A DNA stretch of 64,000 nucleotides. It comes from Candidatus Binatus sp. (lineage in GTDB: Bacteria > Desulfobacterota > Binatia > Binatales > Binataceae). A model generated the notes under the pieces. It was not told the origin of the DNA. It saw only the letters and a program-made list of their open reading frames with translations, and did no database searches. Positions 1 through 9,590 of the stretch are shown here, one piece after another; position 1 is the first letter of the stretch, and every line of letters starts with the position of its first letter. The stretch lies in assembly GCF_050013435.1 (NCBI RefSeq), contig NZ_JBEKFG010000005.1, positions 12,609-76,608 of the forward strand, in the 5' to 3' direction. Both the position numbers and the translations under genes were made by a program.

Positions 1-88
1 CTCTCACGTCTGCCTCCTGCCGCTCCGGGCCGACGGCTCGCCGCTGCCCGACCTTCGCACGGTTGCGGCGTTCGCTCAGCGCTGAGGA

Positions 89-586
89 GTGTCGTCGATG
101 CGCCAACTGTTTTCCAGATTGCCGGTCCTGGTCCTCGCGATCGCGGTCGCTGGATGCGCGTCGCAAGGCGCGCAGCAGGCCGCGCAGGCCGAAGCCGCGG
201 CCGCCAAGGCTGATCAAGCCGCCGCGCATGCCGAACAGTCTGCGGCCCAGGCAACCGAGGCCGCAAACAAGGCGACCGAGGCGGCAGAACGCGCGACTAG
301 GGCGGTTGAAGACGCGACCCGCGAAATCAACCGCGTCGCCGATCATCTCGATCAAATGCGACGAGACCGCGCCGCCGCAAGTCACGGGCGCCGGGCCTCG
401 CACCTGACGAAGTCGGCCCGCAAGGCCGCGTCCCCGTCGGGCGCCTCAGCCTCTGCGTCTGCGTCTTCGGGCGGCGCCCCGGCCGCGCAGGCCTCCGCGT
501 CGCCCGCCGCGTCCGCGGCAGCATCCGCGACTTCCGACGGCGTCACGACCTCGGCCGTGGCCCCCGCGCCGCCGCCTGGGAAATAG
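89..586 (+). CDS. Ala-rich putative lipoprotein
   Basis: N-terminal signal peptide with lipobox (LAIAVAG-C). Long Ala/Gln/Glu helical region, then an Ala/Ser/Pro low-complexity tail. Overlapping ORFs in other frames look like GC-driven noise. Confidence 0.6.
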   Translation: MSSMRQLFSRLPVLVLAIAVAGCASQGAQQAAQAEAAAAKADQAAAHAEQSAAQATEAANKATEAAERATRAVEDATREINRVADHLDQMRRDRAAASHGRRASHLTKSARKAASPSGASASASASSGGAPAAQASASPAASAAASATSDGVTTSAVAPAPPPGK

Positions 587-605
587 CGCGCCTCGATCAA
601 GCGCA

Positions 606-1625
606 GTGGCTGAGCCAGTCAAATCGCAACCAGCCCGCACGCCGACCGAAGCCGACATTCGCGCCGAGAATCTCACTCCGCAAGTCCGCCGCCATACCTG
701 GATCAATATCGCGGGCCCGCTCGCCGCCATTTTTCTCGGAATTTTCGCGGCTGCGATGTACCTGCGGCCCATCGATGTCCTGCGATGGATTCAGATCTCG
801 CGGCTGGGATGGTCCGGGGTAGCCGAGAACGATCTTGCGCTGAAGGACGGGCTGATCACCTACCTGATCACCGGCGGCTACTCGGAACAGGAGCCGGTCG
901 TGATGATTCATGGGCTAGGTCCGAACGCCGCGCTGGTGTGGCGCGGGATCATGCCGCTGGTGGCGGACGCGCACTACAAAGTGATCGCGCCCAACCTGCC
1001 CGGCTTCGCCTCATCCGATCACAAGCAGGTCAAATATTCGATCGCGTACCAAGCCGAGGCGGTCGCGCAGATGATCGACGAGATGAAGCTCGATCACGTC
1101 AACCTGGTCGGCAACGATCTCGGCGCCGACGTCGCGCTCTACTACGCCGTCGAGCATCCCGACAAAGTCGAGCGGATGGTCCTGGTGTCGGGCGGTCTGG
1201 TGGGTGCGCGCGGCGCTGAAAAACTTCGCAAGGGGATGCTGCCGACGACGCCCGACGCGATCCGCGCGCAGGTCGAGGCGAGCTTCTTCGATTTGCCCCC
1301 GATGCCCGAATTCATTTACCAGCGCATGATGGGTGAACTCGGCAACGACCTTCAGGCCGAGACCGAAATGATCGATTCCGTGCCTCGCGACGAGGCGCAC
1401 ATCCGCTCCAAAATCGGCCAGGTCTTCAACACGCTCACGATCATAATCTGGGGCGCGAAAAATCCGTTCTTCTCGGCCGCCGAGGGCGAGGCGATGCACG
1501 CTGCGATGCCCGGTTCGGCCACGGTCGTCTTCAAGACCTCCGGCGCCTACCCGCAACTCGAGCATCCTGACGATTTCGCCGAGTCGCTGATCTTCGTAAT
1601 CAAGCAAGAAGAAGGCGGCCGCTAG
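606..1625 (+). CDS. alpha/beta-fold hydrolase, N-terminal membrane anchor
   Basis: 339 aa from a GTG start. One TM helix (INIAGPLAAIFLGIFAAAMYL), then HGLGPN oxyanion motif and a GNDLG nucleophile-elbow-like motif. Typical alpha/beta hydrolase layout. Confidence 0.8.
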   Translation: MAEPVKSQPARTPTEADIRAENLTPQVRRHTWINIAGPLAAIFLGIFAAAMYLRPIDVLRWIQISRLGWSGVAENDLALKDGLITYLITGGYSEQEPVVMIHGLGPNAALVWRGIMPLVADAHYKVIAPNLPGFASSDHKQVKYSIAYQAEAVAQMIDEMKLDHVNLVGNDLGADVALYYAVEHPDKVERMVLVSGGLVGARGAEKLRKGMLPTTPDAIRAQVEASFFDLPPMPEFIYQRMMGELGNDLQAETEMIDSVPRDEAHIRSKIGQVFNTLTIIIWGAKNPFFSAAEGEAMHAAMPGSATVVFKTSGAYPQLEHPDDFAESLIFVIKQEEGGR

Positions 1626-1787
1626 CAGTCCGCACGCGCGCTGCGGTCGGCACACTGGCGTCGGCCTCAGCCGGACAAAGCCAGTCATCTAGTTGTGGAC
1701 ATGGGCGGACAATTCCGATTGCCATTCCCGCGACAGGTAGTATTATGCCAAAAGCAAAACTGGCATCACTCCATCCGCTGACGTTCC

Positions 1788-2816
1788 ATGAAGCTCTCAA
1801 AGCCATTATCGGCGTTGATCCTGATAGCGTCGGCATTATTTCTAAGCGCCGGAAACAGCGTCGTCGGAAGTCCATTACCATCACCAGTTCCACCAAGGGC
1901 CGAAATAAATAAAGGCTTGCCCGAACAGAAAGCAGCACCAAGCCAGCGCGGCGAAACAGAGACTCCGGTGCGGCTGGCCCCAATCAATCCAACACCGGCT
2001 GGTGTAGTGAGCAGTTCCGCATCCGATCAGCAGGAGCAAAAATCCAAGCGCGAAAGACTCCTTCCGAGTCTCACCGACTGGATATTGGCAGGCGTCACTT
2101 CGGTCTATGCGGTAATCGCTTTCTTCACGCTGCTGGCGATCAATCGTCAGGCAAAGTTGGCTGAGACTGCCGCGATAGCGGCGCAGCAAAGCGCGGAAGC
2201 CGCGCAACAGCAAACAGGAACGCTGACTGCGACTCTCATAGCTACTCAACAAGCCGCCGACGCTGCCACGAAGAGCGCCGATACTGGAGAAAGGGCGCGC
2301 GTTGGCGCTGAGCGTCCACACATCATTGTGCAGGATTTCAAGATGGAAGGATTCAAGGAGAGAATCGAAGGCGAGAAAAAATCTCTCGCAGCACTTCCGG
2401 AACATCAACAGTTGACGATGCCGCGAACGCTGCGCCTTACGTTCAAGATAAAGAACTACGGCAAGAGCCCCGCTTTCCTGACGCAGTCGTTGATCCGGTT
2501 CGCGATGGTAGGTCAAATTCCGATTCCCTTCAATTATGGGCCATTGCCGCAACCCTCGCGTGGATGGATTCTTCCGCCCACCGAAGACCGCGCCAGTGAG
2601 CGGTTCCTCGAAGGCGGCCAATTGACCGAACAGAATCGAATGCTCGTCGTTGAAGGTAAGAGGCACTTGGTTGTATTCGGCTTTGTGAGATACGACGGTA
2701 TCTCTTCCAAGGAACATTTCTTCGGCTTCGCCTGCCGCTATGCTGTCGGCGTCGGGTCCGATCCGGGAGGTACGTTTTGGCCCATCGGCGACGAAAACTT
2801 TTGGAGATATTCTTAA
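1788..2816 (+). CDS. hypothetical secreted/membrane protein (no recognisable family)
   Basis: Signal peptide MKLSKPLSALILIASALFLSAG, an internal TM helix, an AAQQ-rich coiled segment and a C-terminal beta-rich domain. Lies in a visibly lower-GC stretch. The antisense ORF 1881..2882 is Arg/Ser/Leu junk. Confidence 0.55.
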   Translation: MKLSKPLSALILIASALFLSAGNSVVGSPLPSPVPPRAEINKGLPEQKAAPSQRGETETPVRLAPINPTPAGVVSSSASDQQEQKSKRERLLPSLTDWILAGVTSVYAVIAFFTLLAINRQAKLAETAAIAAQQSAEAAQQQTGTLTATLIATQQAADAATKSADTGERARVGAERPHIIVQDFKMEGFKERIEGEKKSLAALPEHQQLTMPRTLRLTFKIKNYGKSPAFLTQSLIRFAMVGQIPIPFNYGPLPQPSRGWILPPTEDRASERFLEGGQLTEQNRMLVVEGKRHLVVFGFVRYDGISSKEHFFGFACRYAVGVGSDPGGTFWPIGDENFWRYS

Positions 2817-2880
2817 ACCGCTAAAACACCGGCCTGTCACGTAAATCATGCCCACCAAAAGCGTGGGTGTTAAGCCCAAC

Positions 2881-2952
2881 ATAATCCCCTATGGGAATGG
2901 TTAGGGGTTAGGCTAGCTCAGATTGGGTTCCAGAACGAATCACACTGGTGAA
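2881..2952 (-). repeat. direct-repeat copy 1: orphan duplicate of the carboxylesterase 3-prime end plus downstream sequence
   Basis: Aligns to 3670..3756 at about 90% outside the heptamer tract. On the minus strand it reads IHQCDSFWNPI-stop, versus FHQCDSFWNLF-stop at the real gene end. Confidence 0.85.
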
Positions 2953-3012
2953 TGTCTCAGCTATCTGAGAACGTCGCCAGCGAACCCGTGCAGTTAGATT
3001 TGCCACTTTCAA

Positions 3013-3588
3013 CTATGGGAGATCCTCATCGACAAGTCGGCGATCCAAAGAGACGTGGATAATCTGGCTCACGACAGCGTCAGCCGGAATGTCCTTCACT
3101 GTGTCATTGATTCTGGTTCTAGGAATTACCGCACAGAAATCAAAGTCCCATCCCGTAACCGGCGCTGACGCATCACCAAATCGGCATTTTGCAGTCCACC
3201 CGTAACGCGATATTTCGGCATCGGGTTGAGGAAACCAACGCCTATCATTCGCCTTACCGGCCAGAATCAGCACTTGAACTAGGGCTGCCGATGGGTAGGC
3301 GAATCCCTTGACGATTTTGAATAGAGGCACCTTGCCGCCAGCGGGCGACTCAATGACGATCAACGGCTGGAACTCAGCGCTTCGCTGCCTTACTCCAAAC
3401 AGCACGGCCACAATCACAACGGCCAGAACTCCGAGCAAAAAGCCGAGCGCAGTATTTTGGAACGGGATGGCCTGAATTAGCCTGATCGCAATCACTGCGA
3501 CACCTGCGCGGATCCAATCGAACAGGCTCCACTTGAAGTACCATCTGTTAAACTCCGGCTCGTTAAGCCACGCACCGATTTTCGACAT
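3013..3588 (-). CDS. hypothetical membrane protein (cassette gene)
   Basis: 191 aa with two N-terminal TM helices and a soluble C-terminal domain. No motif I recognise. It is the only gene between the two repeat copies. Confidence 0.55.
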   Translation of the reverse strand: MSKIGAWLNEPEFNRWYFKWSLFDWIRAGVAVIAIRLIQAIPFQNTALGFLLGVLAVVIVAVLFGVRQRSAEFQPLIVIESPAGGKVPLFKIVKGFAYPSAALVQVLILAGKANDRRWFPQPDAEISRYGWTAKCRFGDASAPVTGWDFDFCAVIPRTRINDTVKDIPADAVVSQIIHVSLDRRLVDEDLP

Positions 3589-3669
3589 GCCGACCCCCTG
3601 ACGGTGAGATTACCTCTCCCGCCGCCAAGGAATAGCCTAGCGGTAGAGGCGCTATCCGTCCACTTCCGG

Positions 3670-3756
3670 ATAATCCACTATGGGAAGGGGTTAGGGGTTA
3701 GGGGTTAGGGGTTAGGCTGGCTCAGAAAAGGTTCCAGAACGAATCACACTGGTGAA
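3670..3756 (-). repeat. direct-repeat copy 2: authentic carboxylesterase 3-prime end plus downstream sequence
   Basis: Same sequence as 2881..2952 but with two extra GGGGTTA units. Confidence 0.85.
3687..3716 (+). repeat. (GGGGTTA)x4 tandem heptamer, canonical G-quadruplex motif
   Basis: Sequence is ggggtta ggggtta ggggtta ggggtta gg, i.e. four G4 runs with TTA loops. The paralogous copy at about 2899..2914 has only about two units. Confidence 0.9.
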
Positions 3757-5236
3757 AGGCGTTAAAACTGGACTCGACCATCGGCGCTGGCGGGACCAAC
3801 GATTGGAACTCATCGGCTGACTTGCTGTACTTCGGCCACGTCGGCTCGTTAGCCGAGTTTGGGTTGCCAGTCTTCGCGAACTGCGTCCAGTAGCTGATCA
3901 TCGCGTCGGAGAGTGCCTGCTGGTCGGTCGTAAATGGGAAAACGTCCCCTGTTACAAGCATTAGGTATTGAATTTCCGCGCCGTGAAAGGCGCCCAGCGG
4001 AAAGCTTACCCCTGTTACGGTGCCCGGAGGCGCGTTCTCGTCATTGAACTCGTAGGCATAGGTCTTCACGAATTTCGACAATAGCAGATCCGCATTGCGC
4101 GCTGGACAGCTGAAGACTCCGTCGGTACCCGAGGCAGCCAATGCCAGATCGCCGCTAGGGTAACTGGCATAGGGATAGTATTCCAATACGTACGGTTCCA
4201 ATTCCGTTGTCCACAGCGCAGTGACTGCATCCGCGTATTCACCGAAGGTCAGGATAGGATTCCCCGCTAAGTCGTACTCACCAGCTACGAAGTACCTATA
4301 TTCATCATGGCTGGAGCATCCGACACTTATCGCGACGGAACTGCCCGACGGCGCGAAGCCATCGGTTGTCTCTGCAGTCTCTATTGGCACGATAGCAGGA
4401 AAGTAGTCCTGGAAGTCTGTATACGATCCGCTCTCGGCGATCGCGCCGCGGAACAGATGTTTCGCGGTCGGAGACGCAAGATTGCAATATACGCTCTGCC
4501 CTCCGGCGGACTCACCGAACATCGTCGCTTTCTTCGGATCGCCGCCAAAGGCCTTGATGTTCTCCTGAACCCACTTGAGCGCCAATTGCTGATCCATCAA
4601 CCCATAGTTGCCACGTTCATGGCCTTCGGAATCGAGCGCGGCCTGGGCAAGGAATCCCAGCACTCCCAGCCGGTAGTTGATCGTGACAACGATCACTCCT
4701 CCCTGGTTCACGAGTGGAGTAGGGTCGTAAAGGTCGCCGCCGCCGGCCGTAAGTCCGCCGCCATGAATCCAAACCATCACCGGCAGGCCGCTTGGCTTCT
4801 TGCTTGCGGCGGTCGTCTCGTCGCCGGCTTGTTCTACCGCGTTGCCAGGTTCGGAACCGGACGGCGTGTAAACATTCAGGTACAGACAATCCTCGCTGCC
4901 AGTCGGTCCGGGCTGCGTGCACTCATTGCCGAATTGAGTCGCCTCGAAAGTTCCTCCCGCAAACTCCCCGAAAGCCTCTGGCGGCAGCCAGCGCAGAGGC
5001 CCCACGGGAGGTGTGGCGTACGGGATGCCGAGAAATTCGTCGACGCCATTAACCGTTGTGCCGAGCACCACTCCGCTTTGAGCGATAGCAAACGGCTCTG
5101 GGTATGACGCCGTCTTGGCCGATGCGGTCACTACCGGGCCCAGCGTAAATGCGCAGAAAGCGGCCAATCCGAGGGCAAGCTTGGAAATAACGCCACAGCC
5201 CTCGAGCCGCTGGTTCGCCGTCTCGCTGTTCGTCAT
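3722..5236 (-). CDS. type-B carboxylesterase/lipase, secreted
   Basis: Motifs GIPYATPPVGPLRW, EDCLYLNVY and the nucleophile elbow FGESAGG. Signal peptide after MTNSETANQ. The tracked ORF 3722..6112 is an artefactual upstream extension running antisense to the GST gene. Confidence 0.9.
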   Translation of the reverse strand: MTNSETANQRLEGCGVISKLALGLAAFCAFTLGPVVTASAKTASYPEPFAIAQSGVVLGTTVNGVDEFLGIPYATPPVGPLRWLPPEAFGEFAGGTFEATQFGNECTQPGPTGSEDCLYLNVYTPSGSEPGNAVEQAGDETTAASKKPSGLPVMVWIHGGGLTAGGGDLYDPTPLVNQGGVIVVTINYRLGVLGFLAQAALDSEGHERGNYGLMDQQLALKWVQENIKAFGGDPKKATMFGESAGGQSVYCNLASPTAKHLFRGAIAESGSYTDFQDYFPAIVPIETAETTDGFAPSGSSVAISVGCSSHDEYRYFVAGEYDLAGNPILTFGEYADAVTALWTTELEPYVLEYYPYASYPSGDLALAASGTDGVFSCPARNADLLLSKFVKTYAYEFNDENAPPGTVTGVSFPLGAFHGAEIQYLMLVTGDVFPFTTDQQALSDAMISYWTQFAKTGNPNSANEPTWPKYSKSADEFQSLVPPAPMVESSFNAFHQCDSFWNLF

Positions 5237-5407
5237 CCGTTCTGAATCCCCAATGGAACTTGCAACATATGCACAGACGGCCTCCTTACCGCAAGATCCT
5301 TTTTGGCCTCCACGGGTTCCAGCCGGGCCGGTAGGAGCGGCTTGCGCGCCGCGCAGTCGTCTGCGATAAGCGAGTTTGAACCTTCTGCAAGCGAGGAATC
5401 GACGACG

Positions 5408-6061
5408 ATGAAGCTCTACAACATGAATCTCTCGAACTTTGCCACCAAGTGCCGGCTCGTCATCTACGAAAAGGGACTCAACATCGAGATGGCGCCGATT
5501 CCCGGCGGCGATCTCCACTCCGCCGAATACGCGAAGATCAATCCGCTCGGTAAAACCCCGGCGCTCGACGTCGACGGCCTGCTCATCCCCGAGTCCGAGG
5601 TGATCAACGAGTACCTCGAGGACAAGTACCCGACTCCGCCGCTGCTTCCCAAGAGCCCCGAGGACCGCGCCAAAGTGCGAATCCTGACCCGATTCCACGA
5701 CCTCTACCTCGAGCCTCCCCTGCGTGCGCTGTTCGGCCAGATGGATCCGAAAACTCGCGACGAAAAACTCATCGCCGAAAAGGTGGCCGACTTCAAAAAC
5801 CGGCTCGACCAGCTCGAAAAGATGCTCGCGGGCGGCGGCTTCGCCTGCGGCGCCAACTTCACGCTCGCCGATTGTGCGCTGGTGCCCACGATGTTCTTCG
5901 TGACCACCCTGATGCCCGTGTTCGGGGTCATACCGCTCGACGGACATCCGAAGCTCGCGGCATGGTGGACCCACGTCCAGACCCGCCCGTCGGTAAAGAA
6001 GGGGCTGGCCGAGATGGGCGAAGCGCTGGCTGTGATGCAGCGCGGCGGCGGCATGCACTAG
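5408..6061 (+). CDS. glutathione S-transferase
   Basis: 217 aa from MKLYNMNLS. Thioredoxin-like N-domain (LGKTPALDVDGLLIPESEVINEYL) followed by a helical C-domain. Confidence 0.85.
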   Translation: MKLYNMNLSNFATKCRLVIYEKGLNIEMAPIPGGDLHSAEYAKINPLGKTPALDVDGLLIPESEVINEYLEDKYPTPPLLPKSPEDRAKVRILTRFHDLYLEPPLRALFGQMDPKTRDEKLIAEKVADFKNRLDQLEKMLAGGGFACGANFTLADCALVPTMFFVTTLMPVFGVIPLDGHPKLAAWWTHVQTRPSVKKGLAEMGEALAVMQRGGGMH

Positions 6062-6152
6062 GGATTCGTCCCGCGATTTTTTATCGGCCAAAAAAGCGGG
6101 GGTATCCGCCACGATGCTCCCGCGATCGTCACGGCACGAGGATGAACTGACT

Positions 6153-6914
6153 ATGGCTTATCTCGATCGCGACGGCGTGCGCATCTACTACGAACAGCGC
6201 GGCGCCGGGCCCGCCGTGTTGCTCTCGCACGGCTACAGCGCCAGCGCGCGCATGTGGGAGGGTCAGATGGATGCGCTGTCGGACCGCTACCACCTGATCG
6301 CCTGGGATATGCGCGGCCACGACCGCTCCGACTCGCCCGACGATCCGGCGCTCTATTCGCACGAGGCCACCATCGCGGATATGGGCGCAGTACTCGACGC
6401 TTGCGGCGCGAATCGCGCCGTGATCGCAGGCTTGTCGCTGGGCGGCTTCATGTCGCTGGCGTTTCATCTGGCCCATCCCGCGCGCACTTTGGCGCTGATG
6501 CTGTTCGACACCGGCCCGGGCTATCGGAAAGACGACGGGCGCGAGGGATGGAACCGGCTCGCCGAAAGCATGGCAGTCGCGTACGAGAAAAAAGGACTCG
6601 CTGCCGCCGGCGCCGGCGCCGAAGTGAGCGTTGCCCGCCATCGCAGCGCGCAAGGGCTTGCGCATGCGGCGCGCGGGATGCTGGCGCAGAAGGACGGCCG
6701 CGTGATCGAATCGCTGCCGGCGATCACGGTGCCGACGCTGGTGCTTGTCGGCGAAAACGACAAGCAGTTCCGGCCGTCGGCCGATTACATGTCAACAAAA
6801 GTTCCCGGCGCGGAAAAAGTGATCCTCGCGCACGCGGGTCACGCCGCCAATATCGATCAGCCCGCCGCGTTCAACGCCGCCGTGCGCGCATTCCTCGATC
6901 GCGTGACCGCATAG
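6153..6914 (+). CDS. alpha/beta-fold hydrolase
   Basis: Starts at MAYLDRDGVRIYYEQRG. HGYSAS oxyanion region, GLSLGG nucleophile elbow, C-terminal HAGHAANID. Confidence 0.85.
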   Translation: MAYLDRDGVRIYYEQRGAGPAVLLSHGYSASARMWEGQMDALSDRYHLIAWDMRGHDRSDSPDDPALYSHEATIADMGAVLDACGANRAVIAGLSLGGFMSLAFHLAHPARTLALMLFDTGPGYRKDDGREGWNRLAESMAVAYEKKGLAAAGAGAEVSVARHRSAQGLAHAARGMLAQKDGRVIESLPAITVPTLVLVGENDKQFRPSADYMSTKVPGAEKVILAHAGHAANIDQPAAFNAAVRAFLDRVTA

Positions 6915-7102
6915 CCGCAATCGTCAAGCGTCAGTTCGCTTCTTTGCCGGTGACTGGCTGGAGAACGGTGCCGCGAACCGGCATTATGTATGGGTTGCCG
7001 AGATCGGTTCCACGATCTGATTGGCGACAAGTTTGCAAACCTGATTGATCATCCAGGAGGCTGCTCCGAGATTCCTCGAGGACCCACGGGACCGATTCAA
7101 GA

Positions 7103-9550
7103 ATGGCTGTTCCTCCACTTTCCGAAATCAACCGCAACCTGTTCGACAAGCTTGTCGATCATCACATCCGGTTCTCGATGGCCAAGCGGCGCAGCGAGTT
7201 GTCGAAGCATGACTGGTATCGCGTGACGGCGCTGGTGGTTCGCGACATGCTGGTCGAAAAGATGCTGGCGACGCGTTTGCGTTTCGATCGCAACAATTCC
7301 AAGAAGCTCTATTATCTTTCGCTGGAATTTCTGATCGGACGCTCGCTGGAAAACAATCTCTACAACCTCGGCATCATCGACACCTGCCGCGATTTTCTGG
7401 CCGAGAACGGAATCGACCTGCGGATCCTGTTCGACGAGGAGCCCGACGCGGCGCTGGGCAACGGCGGCCTGGGCCGGCTGGCTGCATGTTTTCTCGATTC
7501 GTTGGCGACCCTCGATCTGCCCGGCTACGCGTATGGCATCAACTACGAGTACGGGCTGTTCCGCCAGGAGATTCGCGACGGTTACCAGGTCGAGCGGCCC
7601 GACGCATGGCAGCGCGAAACCTCGCCGTGGCTGGTGGCGCGCCCCGAGCAGTCATGCCGGATTCCGGTTTACGGGCGAATCGACCACCGCATCGATCGCA
7701 ACGGCGAATACAATCCGGCCTGGGTGGATCGGCGCGTGCTGGTCGGCGTGCCGTCCGATCTGCCGATCGCGGGATACGGCGGACGCACGGTGAACTTTGT
7801 CCGCCTGTATTCAGCCGGCGCGTCGGATGAATTCGATATGCAGATCTTCAACGCCGGCGATTACATGAAGGCCGTCGAGCAGAAGATGCTTTCGGAGACC
7901 ATCTCGAAAGTGCTGTACCCATCCGATTCGGTGGCTGCGGGCCGCGAGCTCAGGCTACTGCAGGAATATTTCTTCGTGGCCTGCGCGGTGCACGATATCG
8001 TAGGCGGATTCGTCGCTCGCGGTGAAGATTTCAGTACTTTTCCGTCGCAAGTGGCTATTCAGCTCAATGACACTCATCCCGCATTGACTATTGCGGAGTT
8101 GATGCGCGTTTTCATCGACGAGTACGATCAGGAATGGGCGATGGCGTGGGAGATTACGCGCGCCACGGTCGCATATACTAATCACACTCTTCTGCCTGAA
8201 GCGCTGGAACGATGGCCGGTGAGCCTGCTGGAACGAGTCGTGCCGCGCCATCTGCAAATCATTTACGAGATCAACCGGCGCTTTCTGGCGGACGTGGAGT
8301 CGGTCTCGCGCGACGATCCGGAACGCCTCAGGCGCTTATCGATCGTCCAGGACGGCTACGAAGTCCAGGTCCGCATGGCGCATCTGGCGATCGTCGGCAG
8401 CCATTCGGTGAACGGCGTGTCAAAGTTGCACACGGAACTTGTCAAGACGCGCCTGGTGCCCGATTTTTATCAACTCTGGCCCGAGCGGTTCAGCAACAAG
8501 ACCAACGGCGTCACGCAACGGCGATGGCTGTCGATGGCGAATCCGGGTCTGGCAAGCCTGCTCGACGCGACGATCGGTGAGGGATGGGCTATAGACCTCG
8601 GGCAGCTGAGCGCGGTCGAGAAATTCGCGGACGACGCCGAGTTCCAGCAGCGCTTCAGGGCGATCAAACGCGCCAACAAGGAGCGGTTGGCGAGAATCGT
8701 GAATCGGCTCGCCGAGGTGGACGTCGATCCCGCCGCGATGTTCGACATACAGGCCAAACGTATCCACGAATACAAGCGCCAGCTCCTGATGGCGCTGGGA
8801 ATCGTGCATCAGTACCTGCGGCTCGTCGATGACGGCGTCGAACCGCCGATGCCGCGCAGCTACCTGCTCGCGGGCAAGGCGGCGCCCGGCTATTGGGCGG
8901 CGAAAATGATCATCAAGTTGATCAACAACCTCGGTCAGGTGATCAACAACGACCCGAAAACACGGGAATTGATCAAGGTCGCCTTCCTGCCGGATTACCG
9001 GGTCTCGCTCGCGGAAAAAATCATTCCGGCTGCCGACGTTTCCGAACAGATTTCCACCGCCGGCCGCGAAGCATCCGGCACCGGCAACATGAAGTTCGCG
9101 ATGAATGGCGCGCTGACGGTGGGAACTCTCGATGGCGCGAATATCGAGATTCGCGAAGCCGTCGGTGCGGAAAATATATTCATTTTTGGCCTGACCTCCG
9201 ATCAGATTGAGGATCTCACGTTGAAGGGTGGATACCAGCCGCGCGCCTACTACGACGCTGACCCGCGACTCAAGCGGGTGCTCGACGAGTTGGCGTCCGA
9301 TCGCTTTTGTCCCGGCGAGCCGGGGCTGTTCAGATGGGTTCGCGACGCGCTGGTCAACCGCGATGACTATTTCCTGATGGCGGATTTCGGCTCGTATATT
9401 GATATCCAGTCAGAGGTATCGACTGAGTATCAACATCCGGAGATCTGGACGCGAAAGGCTATACTCAATCTCGCGCGGATTGGCGCGTTTTCGAGCGACC
9501 GTGCGGTTGCGGAATACGCTCGCGAGATATGGCATCTCGGCCAATCATGA
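7103..9550 (+). CDS. glgP: glycogen/maltodextrin phosphorylase
   Basis: 815 aa. Contains GNGGLGRLAACFLDS and the PLP-lysine region EASGTGNMKFAMNGA. Confidence 0.95.
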   Translation: MAVPPLSEINRNLFDKLVDHHIRFSMAKRRSELSKHDWYRVTALVVRDMLVEKMLATRLRFDRNNSKKLYYLSLEFLIGRSLENNLYNLGIIDTCRDFLAENGIDLRILFDEEPDAALGNGGLGRLAACFLDSLATLDLPGYAYGINYEYGLFRQEIRDGYQVERPDAWQRETSPWLVARPEQSCRIPVYGRIDHRIDRNGEYNPAWVDRRVLVGVPSDLPIAGYGGRTVNFVRLYSAGASDEFDMQIFNAGDYMKAVEQKMLSETISKVLYPSDSVAAGRELRLLQEYFFVACAVHDIVGGFVARGEDFSTFPSQVAIQLNDTHPALTIAELMRVFIDEYDQEWAMAWEITRATVAYTNHTLLPEALERWPVSLLERVVPRHLQIIYEINRRFLADVESVSRDDPERLRRLSIVQDGYEVQVRMAHLAIVGSHSVNGVSKLHTELVKTRLVPDFYQLWPERFSNKTNGVTQRRWLSMANPGLASLLDATIGEGWAIDLGQLSAVEKFADDAEFQQRFRAIKRANKERLARIVNRLAEVDVDPAAMFDIQAKRIHEYKRQLLMALGIVHQYLRLVDDGVEPPMPRSYLLAGKAAPGYWAAKMIIKLINNLGQVINNDPKTRELIKVAFLPDYRVSLAEKIIPAADVSEQISTAGREASGTGNMKFAMNGALTVGTLDGANIEIREAVGAENIFIFGLTSDQIEDLTLKGGYQPRAYYDADPRLKRVLDELASDRFCPGEPGLFRWVRDALVNRDDYFLMADFGSYIDIQSEVSTEYQHPEIWTRKAILNLARIGAFSSDRAVAEYAREIWHLGQS

Positions 9551-9590
9551 CTTGACCGGCGCCGAATCGAGCCGCGCGCGAAGCAACCGG

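Noticed and set aside
420-560. GC-rich gcc/gcg-type simple-sequence tract
   Set aside because: It translates to the Ala/Ser-rich tail of the putative lipoprotein. It has no independent structure.
1881-2882. 333-aa minus-strand ORF overlapping 1788..2816
   Set aside because: The composition (Arg/Ser/Leu/Cys-rich, no domain pattern) is typical of a shadow ORF. The plus-strand product has a signal peptide and sensible architecture.
3687-3716. Interpretation of the GGGGTTA repeats as a true telomere or linear-replicon end
   Set aside because: The tract is short, internal, flanked on both sides by ordinary genes, and duplicated as part of a larger repeat. Nothing else suggests a chromosome end.
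3722-6112. 796-aa ORF on the minus strand spanning the esterase and running antisense through the GST gene
   Set aside because: Only the C-terminal 504 aa, from MTNSETANQ at 5236, look like a protein (a type-B carboxylesterase with signal peptide). The upstream 292 aa are Arg/His/Glu-rich antisense translation of a well-supported GST gene.
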